Shown piece by piece: positions 7,890-14,634 of a stretch of DNA of 15,217 bases. This DNA comes from Candidatus Thermofontivivens primus (GTDB lineage: Bacteria > Sysuimicrobiota > Sysuimicrobiia > Sysuimicrobiales > Thermofontiviventaceae): NCBI GenBank assembly GCA_031458695.1, contig JAVKJW010000009.1:68374-83590 (forward strand), written 5' to 3'. The notes below the pieces were generated by a model. It did no database searches, was not told the origin of the DNA, and saw nothing but the letters and a program-made list of their open reading frames with translations. The translations under genes and the position numbers were made by a program. Numbering within the stretch: position 1 is the first letter of the stretch; each line of letters starts with the position of its first letter.

Positions 7890-8255
7890 ATGGGAAACTC
7901 CGTATTGGTGCATGTGGTCTTACCAGGTCACCTCCGCCGGCTGGCGGGGATCTCTGCTCCTGTGGTACCGATAAAAATAGACCGGGGGGACTCTTCGGCC
8001 CACGCACCAGTCAGCCTGGGTGACGTCCTGGATGCGCTAGAACAGATTTATCCACCTCTCAAGGGCGTGTTCTACGAAACCATCCCCATCTCGGACGAGA
8101 AAGCCATCCTAAGGTTGCGCGTATACCTCCGCTTCTTCGCAGGAAAGTACGACCTCACCCCACGAGGGCCCACTGCGCCGCTCCCTCCTGAGGTGATCTC
8201 TGGCAAAGAACCCCTGCGCATCGTCGGCGCCATCGCTGGGGGGCAAGGGAGGTAG
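7890..8255 (+). CDS. MoaD/ThiS-family ubiquitin-like (beta-grasp) protein, 121 aa
   Basis: VVLPGHLRRLAG, LGDVLDALEQIYPPL, YLRFF and C-terminal AIAGG(QGR). ATG lies 2 nt after the propeller stop. Confidence 0.85.
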   Translation: MGNSVLVHVVLPGHLRRLAGISAPVVPIKIDRGDSSAHAPVSLGDVLDALEQIYPPLKGVFYETIPISDEKAILRLRVYLRFFAGKYDLTPRGPTAPLPPEVISGKEPLRIVGAIAGGQGR

Positions 8256-8347
8256 GTGGCAATTTGATCGGACTTGGCCAAGAGGATACAAAAGATCAAC
8301 CGGCATGACGGCGAAAGGTTTAGAGGCCTGGATCCCGTGAGTTGAAC

Positions 8348-8923
8348 TTAAATCTCTTCGGCAAGGATGATGGCCTCGGCGATCTCCTTCATGGGTTTGC
8401 GGAGGTTGCGGCTCTGGCGCTGGATGCGCTGGAAGGCCTCCTCCTCGCTGAGCCCGTAGCGCTTCATGAGGATTCCCTTCGCTCGCTCCACCAGTTTGCG
8501 TGTTTCCAGGGTTTCCTTGAGGTCCCCAACCTCCCGACGCAACGCCTGGATCTCCTGGAAGCGGGCGAGCGCGATCTCAATGGTGGGAACCAGATCTGCT
8601 TCCTTGAAGGGTTTCATCAGGTAGGCCAGCACTCCTGCTTCCTTCGCCCGGTTGATCAAGTTTCGGTCACTGTAGGCGGTCAGGAGGATAATGGGCGTGG
8701 GCCGGTCTTGCATGATGGTAGCAGCCGTCTCGATCCCGTCCATCCCTGGCATCTTGATGTCGAGAAAGATGAGATCGGGTTTGAGGAGTCGCGCTAGCTC
8801 GACAGCTCTACTCCCATCCCCGGCTTCCCCAACAACCTGATATCCCTTCTCCTCGAGCATTGCCCGGAGGCCCATCCGGATGATCGCCTCGTCGTCTACG
8901 ATGAGAACGCGCAACGTCGTCAT
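8348..8923 (-). CDS. REC-ANTAR response regulator (PdtaR/EutV-like)
   Basis: LIVDDE, FLDIKMP (phosphoacceptor Asp), LTA and MKP receiver motifs. ANTAR domain RKLVERAKGILM...EEEAF...SRNLRKPMKEIA. Confidence 0.95.
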   Translation of the reverse strand: MTTLRVLIVDDEAIIRMGLRAMLEEKGYQVVGEAGDGSRAVELARLLKPDLIFLDIKMPGMDGIETAATIMQDRPTPIILLTAYSDRNLINRAKEAGVLAYLMKPFKEADLVPTIEIALARFQEIQALRREVGDLKETLETRKLVERAKGILMKRYGLSEEEAFQRIQRQSRNLRKPMKEIAEAIILAEEI

Positions 8924-8990
8924 GGCCTAGATCACTCCGGCAAAAGTCTTTTTGCCTCTTGGCGGGCACCTCCAGCAGAATTGGGGCTGC

Positions 8991-10640
8991 TTACAAGCTG
9001 GGCTTGGGGAGGGTAATGGTTGCTTTCGTCCCCGGGTCACACCGCTCCAGTATGAACTCTCCCTTCAGATCCTCTGCCACAAGCGCCTTCACAATCTGCA
9101 ACCCAAGGTCGCTTCCCGTAGCCGGATCAAACCCAATTGGGAGTCCCACGCCATCGTCCCTCACTTCGACCAGCAGGCGGTCTCCGCGTGTCGTCAGGGT
9201 GACCGTCACGTTCCCTTTGGCCTGCTCCTTGAAGGCGTGCTCAATGGCGTTCTGAATGAGCTCGTTGATCACCAGCGCGAGGGAGCTGGCCTGCTGCGAG
9301 GGGAGGTACACATCGTCCCCACTTACGGAGATCTGCAATTCCAGGTCCGGGCGGGCCATGTTCTGGGCAACGGTGCGGGCGACCTTCTCCAGCATCTCCC
9401 GGATGTTGATGAACTTGAACCCTTCTACCGAGAGGATCTCATGGACCGCCGCGATGCTGAGAATGCGGTTAATCGTTTCCACAAGAACTTCCCGCCCTGA
9501 AACGTCCCTTCCATCGCGCATCTGAAGGCGGAGGAGCATGGCGATGGTCTGGAGGTTGTTCTTTACCCGGTGGTGCATCTCGCGCACAACCGCCGATTTG
9601 ACCACAAGGTTGGCGTTTTCAATGGCTAAGGCCATCTGGTTCGCTAGGGTCGAGGCAAGCCGAATCTCTTCCTCTGTGAAGTGGTGAGGGTGTTCTTTGT
9701 AACAATTGAACACGCCGATCACGTGGTCCCGCACGATCAGAGGGACAGCAAGGAGCGCACGGAGCCCTTCCTGGGTGGCCATCTCCTTGGACACAAACCG
9801 CGGGTCTTCCAGGACATCGTAAACGGCAATGGGTTTCGCCGTCTGAGCAGCGAGGCCCGCGATCCCCTCGCCGACCTTTAGGTTTGGTCGGTTCCGGTAC
9901 GGCTCTGAGGCATTCTGGCTCACCGTGAGGACAAGCTCTCCCTTCTCCTCGTCCAGAAGCATGAGGGAGCAGAGCCTCGCATTGAGCATCTGCGCAGCCA
10001 TCTCCATGATCAGCTTCAAGACATCCTCTAGGTACAGCGGAGAGGTAAGGGTCTTACTGATCTCCGCAAGGGTGGAGAGCTCCATGATTTGACGCCGCAT
10101 GTTGTCGTACAGGATGGCCTTCTCCAGCGCCCCAGAGGCCATATCGGCGATGAGAGAGAGGAGTTCAACCTCTTCCTCCGTATATTCGTGGAATGCTGTC
10201 GTCTGGACGTTGATGGCCCCGAGGACCTTCCCTCCCGTGATCAGGGGAACTGCTAGGAGGGATTTGAAATGATACTCCTGGGTCTCCGGGAGGTAGACAA
10301 ACCTGGGATCGCTGGCGGCGTCGCTACTAGCGACGGGCTTCCCTTCTTTCGCAGCCCACCCCGTAAGGCCCTCTCCGTAACGGAGGCGTGCGCGGCCAAT
10401 GGCTTCAGGAGCGAGCCCGGTGGTTGCACGCAATACAAGATACTCCCCCTGGGGGTCCAGCAGGTAGATAGAGCAGGAGTCCATCCCCATCACCTCGGCG
10501 GTCTTCCGGGTGATGAGGGTGAGGGTGGTATCCAGGTCCAGCGCAGAACTGATCGCCCGGCTGATCTCTCGCAGGGCGCTGAGTTCCGCGGACTTACGCG
10601 CCAGCTGCTCTTTCAAAACTTTCACAGGAGCCCTAGGCAT
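8991..10640 (-). CDS. Soluble GAF-GAF sensor histidine kinase, HisKA_2 type (PdtaS/EutW-like); start could be 10649, 10640 or 10625
   Basis: Two GAF repeats, H-box REMHHRVKNNLQ, NELIQNAIEHAF, DDGVG and LGLQIV. No TM segment. Confidence 0.93.
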   Translation of the reverse strand: MPRAPVKVLKEQLARKSAELSALREISRAISSALDLDTTLTLITRKTAEVMGMDSCSIYLLDPQGEYLVLRATTGLAPEAIGRARLRYGEGLTGWAAKEGKPVASSDAASDPRFVYLPETQEYHFKSLLAVPLITGGKVLGAINVQTTAFHEYTEEEVELLSLIADMASGALEKAILYDNMRRQIMELSTLAEISKTLTSPLYLEDVLKLIMEMAAQMLNARLCSLMLLDEEKGELVLTVSQNASEPYRNRPNLKVGEGIAGLAAQTAKPIAVYDVLEDPRFVSKEMATQEGLRALLAVPLIVRDHVIGVFNCYKEHPHHFTEEEIRLASTLANQMALAIENANLVVKSAVVREMHHRVKNNLQTIAMLLRLQMRDGRDVSGREVLVETINRILSIAAVHEILSVEGFKFINIREMLEKVARTVAQNMARPDLELQISVSGDDVYLPSQQASSLALVINELIQNAIEHAFKEQAKGNVTVTLTTRGDRLLVEVRDDGVGLPIGFDPATGSDLGLQIVKALVAEDLKGEFILERCDPGTKATITLPKPSL

Positions 10641-10652
10641 GAACGCCACCTG

Positions 10653-10707
10653 GATGTAGGATCCCCCGCCACATTTGCTTGGCGGGGGCGGAAATCCATC
10701 CTACATC
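10653..10707 (-). promoter_or_regulatory. Long hairpin in the 5' leader of the kinase gene
   Basis: 10 bp stem GATGTAGGAT/ATCCTACATC stacked on a 9 bp stem CCCCCGCCA/TGGCGGGGG, with an 8 nt loop and a 9 nt bulge. Confidence 0.65.
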
Positions 10708-10762
10708 TTACCACTCCAGAGAGGGGAGTTCCAGTCTCGTCAATGCCCAAGACAATTCCACC

Positions 10763-10790
10763 AGTGTAGCAGGTTTGATTCGAGTATAAT
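10763..10790. promoter_or_regulatory. Candidate divergent -10 elements for the kinase (-) and PIG-L gene (+)
   Basis: Minus strand TG-C-TACACT at 10763-10771 and plus strand TATAAT at 10785-10790. No clear -35 for either. Confidence 0.5.
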
Positions 10791-10822
10791 AGATAGTAAT
10801 CCTGGTCCGTTGGAGGTGAAAG

Positions 10823-11662
10823 GTGAAGCTCATCCTCCAGCACCCTACGTTGAACGTCCTCATCCTTCTTGGGTTCTTTTCTTTCATGTTGTGGGGTCTT
10901 CTGTTCATCCGACTCATGGTGAGCAATGGGGGTGTCCGACCCGGGCGATTCCTCATCCGGCGGGGAAGTCTGAAAGGAGTCCAGCGAGCACTGGTGGTCG
11001 TTGCCCATCCTGATGATGCCGAGGTGTACTGCGGAGGGAGTGTGGCAACGCTCACGCGCTTGGGGGTTCCTGTCACCCTTGTGATCTGCGCAGATGGGGG
11101 AAAGATTTACTACCAATTTGGGCGGCGCCTCATTCCTAACCCTCTCAATGGGAAAGGGGGGCGGCTAGTGCGTCTGCGTGAGGAGGAGCAACGAAGAAGT
11201 GCCAGGATCCTGGGGATCAAGGAGGTGATCTTCCTCAGGCATCCGGACGGCCTCCTGGATTGGCGGAACCTGGTTTCTCAGCTGAGGGAGATGATGCAAC
11301 GGTTCGCCCCAGACCTCGTGGTGACTTTCGATGGAGAGGAGCCCTCCCACTTAGAGATCCGGGATCACCTTGCCGTTGGGCGTGCTGTCCTTTCGGCTGC
11401 AAGGGAGGTAGGCATCCCCAGGGTTCTTTGCTTCAGCACACGCCGCCCAAACGTTGTGGTGGACACCACCCCTGTCATGAGCCTGCGCTGGAAGGCGCTC
11501 ACTGCGCACAGGAGCCAATTCCACGGGGTACGGGGGAGGCTCGCCGTACGGATCCTCCGAGGGTTGGCTAGGCGGAATGGAACAAAGATTGGCGTCCCCT
11601 ATGGTGAGGCGTTCCGGGAAATCTGGATCACCAGAGGATCTTCATTCTCGCCCCCACAGTGA
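10823..11662 (+). CDS. PIG-L/LmbE family deacetylase with N-terminal membrane anchor
   Basis: VAHPDDAE, REEEQRRSARILG, PDG, PDLVVTFD, RDH, AHRSQ and EAF motifs; GGAGG SD. Confidence 0.88.
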   Translation: MKLILQHPTLNVLILLGFFSFMLWGLLFIRLMVSNGGVRPGRFLIRRGSLKGVQRALVVVAHPDDAEVYCGGSVATLTRLGVPVTLVICADGGKIYYQFGRRLIPNPLNGKGGRLVRLREEEQRRSARILGIKEVIFLRHPDGLLDWRNLVSQLREMMQRFAPDLVVTFDGEEPSHLEIRDHLAVGRAVLSAAREVGIPRVLCFSTRRPNVVVDTTPVMSLRWKALTAHRSQFHGVRGRLAVRILRGLARRNGTKIGVPYGEAFREIWITRGSSFSPPQ

Positions 11663-12137
11663 TCCCCGACCGCCGGAAGAAGCTCCTATTCACCTCCACG
11701 GCGTATCGCACGGGTACGGGAGGGGCATAGGTTCTGACGGGATTCGTGGGATCAGCCTCTACATCCATGTCCTGAATGTCCACGACGCGCCCGCTCTCCT
11801 CGACGAACGCGATGGAGAGGGGAATGAGGGTGTTCTTCATCCAGAACGCCCACGGCCTGGATTCCTCGAAGAGAAAAAGCATGCCCGCGTCCTTCGGGAG
11901 GGAAGTCCGACACATCAACCCAAGCTCCCTCGCTTCCGGGGTATCTGCAACTTCGACCTGGACGGTCACCCTCCGGTCCCCCTGAAGGAATTGGACCTGC
12001 GCCCTGCGTAACTCGAGCCTGGGGAGATCGCGACAGAAAGGGAGGGGCGAGGGGGGAACCGTCATAGGAAGACATGCTCCCAGGAGGAACCCGACCACGA
12101 CAAGGAGGCTCAAGAGTTGGAGGTGCCTTCGCATCAT
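11628..12137 (-). CDS. DUF192 family protein, probable lipoprotein
   Basis: VEVADTPEARELGLM, GMLFLF, FWMKNTLIPLSIAF and AVEVN motifs; lipobox LLGA-C. Confidence 0.9.
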   Translation of the reverse strand: MMRRHLQLLSLLVVVGFLLGACLPMTVPPSPLPFCRDLPRLELRRAQVQFLQGDRRVTVQVEVADTPEARELGLMCRTSLPKDAGMLFLFEESRPWAFWMKNTLIPLSIAFVEESGRVVDIQDMDVEADPTNPVRTYAPPVPVRYAVEVNRSFFRRSGITVGARMKILW

Positions 12138-12272
12138 ACCACTCTTCGTTCTTCCAGTTCCTGGCATTTCGGGAACGCCGAAGATTTTCCTCTAGCCAGC
12201 TCCAACTTCCCCCTGGGCGGCATGGGGGATCCCGCAGGGGTCGCTTCAGTAGATCCCGAATAGGATGAATTC

Positions 12273-13502
12273 GTGGACTACGATGTGATTGTGGTTGGAG
12301 CTGGACCAGGAGGGGTTACCGCCGCGAGAGCGGCCTCCTTACGGGGGCTTCGAACCCTCATCCTGGAGGAGCACCAAGAGATCGGCCGGCCCACGCACTG
12401 CACCGGAAAGCTCACGCACCACGCGTTCGAAGAGTTCGCGCTCCCGCCGGGCATCGTGGTGAACGCCGTCAGCGCAGCTATTCTCTATGGTCCTAAGGGA
12501 GGGAAGGCGTTCCTTCGCCGGCGTGCGGTGGATTCCTATATCGTCGACCGGGACCGTTTCGACCAAAAACTGGCAGAGACAGCTCTGGAAGCAGGCGCCG
12601 ACCTGATGACCGGTGCCAGGGCCTTGGGGGTCCGATTGGTCAACGACGGGATGGAAGTCTCAGGTGAGAGGAACGGGCGTCCGTTTGCCATCCGTGGAAG
12701 GATCGTGGTGGATGCGGAGGGCGCTTCTCCAAACCTCCCATTGAGCCTCGGGTACCGTCTTGAACGTCGGTGGGTGCTTGGGCTGCAGTATCAAGTAGAG
12801 GGCGCAACGGTGGAGTCGGAGGATGCACCCGAGCTCTATTTTGGGAAGGATTTTGCGCCCGGCTTCTTTGCCTGGATCATGCCTTTGGGGGGCCAACGGG
12901 CGAGGGTTGGGCTCTGTGTGGACCCTACCTATACGGCGCACAAACCTGTGTATTATCTGGAGCGATTCATCCACGAGCATCCCATCGCCAGGAAGAAACT
13001 CAAGGGAATCCGGGTTGAACACAAGCTGGCCGGGCGGATCCCCATCCTGGGAGCAAGGAGGCCGTCGTTCTTCCCGGGTATGCTTCTCGTTGGCGATGCT
13101 GCAGCACAGGTGAAGGCTACCTCGGGTGGAGGAATCTATTTCGCCATGGTAGCAGGGGAACTTGCGGCGAGTGCAGCAGCGCGCTATGTGAAGGGCGATC
13201 GGGGTGCCCTCCGTGATTATGAACGCTCCTGGAGAAGGCGGTTCGGTCGGGAGATCTGGTTTACTTCGCTTGTCCGGTCCATCTTGAACCAGCTCAGCGA
13301 TGAGGAAATCGATGCTGCCATTGACCTCCTCTCGAGGGAGGAAGGTCTCCGTGAAGCCTTGGAGGTATTCGGGGATACCGCCTACCAGTCTCGGGTCCTC
13401 GTCCCCGTGTTGCTCCACAGCCTGAGAATCGGACTCCGGGACAGGTCTCTGGCATGGATCCTCTCGAGGTTCCTCCTGGGGTTCGTGCGCGTGTGGCTAT
13501 AA
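12273..13502 (+). CDS. Geranylgeranyl reductase family FAD-dependent oxidoreductase
   Basis: DVIVVGAGPGG, HCTG, DRDRFDQKL, DAEG, PGFFAWIMP and VGDAAAQVKATSGGGI motifs. Confidence 0.88.
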   Translation: MDYDVIVVGAGPGGVTAARAASLRGLRTLILEEHQEIGRPTHCTGKLTHHAFEEFALPPGIVVNAVSAAILYGPKGGKAFLRRRAVDSYIVDRDRFDQKLAETALEAGADLMTGARALGVRLVNDGMEVSGERNGRPFAIRGRIVVDAEGASPNLPLSLGYRLERRWVLGLQYQVEGATVESEDAPELYFGKDFAPGFFAWIMPLGGQRARVGLCVDPTYTAHKPVYYLERFIHEHPIARKKLKGIRVEHKLAGRIPILGARRPSFFPGMLLVGDAAAQVKATSGGGIYFAMVAGELAASAAARYVKGDRGALRDYERSWRRRFGREIWFTSLVRSILNQLSDEEIDAAIDLLSREEGLREALEVFGDTAYQSRVLVPVLLHSLRIGLRDRSLAWILSRFLLGFVRVWL

Positions 13503-13508
13503 ATTTGG

Positions 13509-14498
13509 TCAATCAGGAGCCTCGGCAAGCTGCACCGGGATCTCCAACTTCTTGTCGCCTCGCAGGACCGATAAGGAAACCTTTGTCCCGACAGGCGTTC
13601 GCGCCAGGACCTTCTGGAGGGCGTCGATGGTCGCCACTGGATCTTGGTTCAACGCGACGATGATATCCCCCTCCCACAGGTCACTTGCGGCTGCTGGGCT
13701 CCCAGGGGCGATGGCAACGACAGCCACGCCCGTCTCCTGGGAGATCCTGTGGCCAATGACGAGGTGGCGGGGGAGCCGGATCGTTTGCCCCACGATGCCA
13801 AGGTAAGCGCGATGGACCTTCCCCTCAGTGATGAGCTGTCCCGCAACCCACCTTGCTGTGTTGGAGGGAATAGCGAAGCAGATTCCCTGGGCCGGAGCGA
13901 TGATCGCGGTGTTGATCCCCACGACTCTTGCGCGGGAATCCACGAGTGGACCTCCGGAGCTACCAGGGTTAAGGGCGGCATCGGTCTGGATTACGTTCTC
14001 AATGAGGCGCCCTGTCTGGGAGCGCAGCGCACGCCCAAGGGCGCTCACCACGCCTGTCGTGACGGTGAATTGGAAACCCAGGGGATTCCCGATGGCGATG
14101 ACGAGCTGGCCGACTCGCAACCTGTCTGAATCCCCCATTGTCGCAGCGGGGAGCCCTGAGGCGGGGATGCGCACGACGGCGAGATCGGTATGCGGGTCGG
14201 TTCCCACGATCTCAGCGGTGTACTGGTGTCCATCGGCGAGAAGGACCTCGATCTCCTGCGCCTCCTCCACCACGTGGTTGTTGGTGAGGATGAACCCGTC
14301 GGGCGCGATGATGACACCGGACCCCACGCCCTGGAGCTCTCCGTATCTCCCCCAAGGGGTGCGTACTCCGCGAGCCATGGTAATCCGCACGACAGAAGGA
14401 CCAACGCGCTCCACAACCTGGATCACGGCCTGAGAGTATGCATCGAGGAAGTCCTCTGTCGGTTCTGTGGAATGGCTCCAAGGAGAGAATCCTTTCAC
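13509..14498 (-). CDS. HtrA/DegP-like trypsin serine protease with one PDZ domain, no signal peptide
   Basis: GSGVII, TNNHVV (His), DLAV (Asp), IQTDAALNPGSSGGPL (Ser), AYLGI PDZ entry. Start set at GTG 14498 from promoter position. Confidence 0.92.
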   Translation of the reverse strand: MKGFSPWSHSTEPTEDFLDAYSQAVIQVVERVGPSVVRITMARGVRTPWGRYGELQGVGSGVIIAPDGFILTNNHVVEEAQEIEVLLADGHQYTAEIVGTDPHTDLAVVRIPASGLPAATMGDSDRLRVGQLVIAIGNPLGFQFTVTTGVVSALGRALRSQTGRLIENVIQTDAALNPGSSGGPLVDSRARVVGINTAIIAPAQGICFAIPSNTARWVAGQLITEGKVHRAYLGIVGQTIRLPRHLVIGHRISQETGVAVVAIAPGSPAAASDLWEGDIIVALNQDPVATIDALQKVLARTPVGTKVSLSVLRGDKKLEIPVQLAEAPD

Positions 14499-14505
14499 AC
14501 CTCCC

Positions 14506-14534
14506 AGTGTAGCGCACTGGACGAGCGTGTGCAA
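14506..14534 (-). promoter_or_regulatory. Sigma70-type promoter of the HtrA-like gene, probably leaderless
   Basis: TTGCAC (14529-14534), 17 bp spacer, TACACT (14506-14511), 7 nt, then in-frame GTG. Confidence 0.7.
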
Positions 14535-14634
14535 ATACCGGGGTTTCACTTTGGGGGAGGAGAGCGTGCTTTCAAAGCAGGAGAATGGGCGGCAAGATGC
14601 GAATGGCAAAAGGAGTACTTAAGGAGGCACCGCG

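Noticed and set aside
8256..8347. Palindrome CTTGGCCAAG, TTGATC/GATCAA repeat, and GCCAAGAGG inverted relative to 8955-8963
   Set aside because: Short matches with no U-tract and no transposase; not distinguishable from chance.
10641..10822. Canonical ANTAR dual-hexaloop motif
   Set aside because: By eye, the ANNGNN hexamers on the kinase strand lack closing stems of 3 bp or more. Only a non-canonical structure is reported.
686..11662. Tandem GNAT plus PIG-L as an MshD/MshB mycothiol-like pathway
   Set aside because: The genes are about 9 kb apart in separate units, with no MshA or MshC, and both families are broad.
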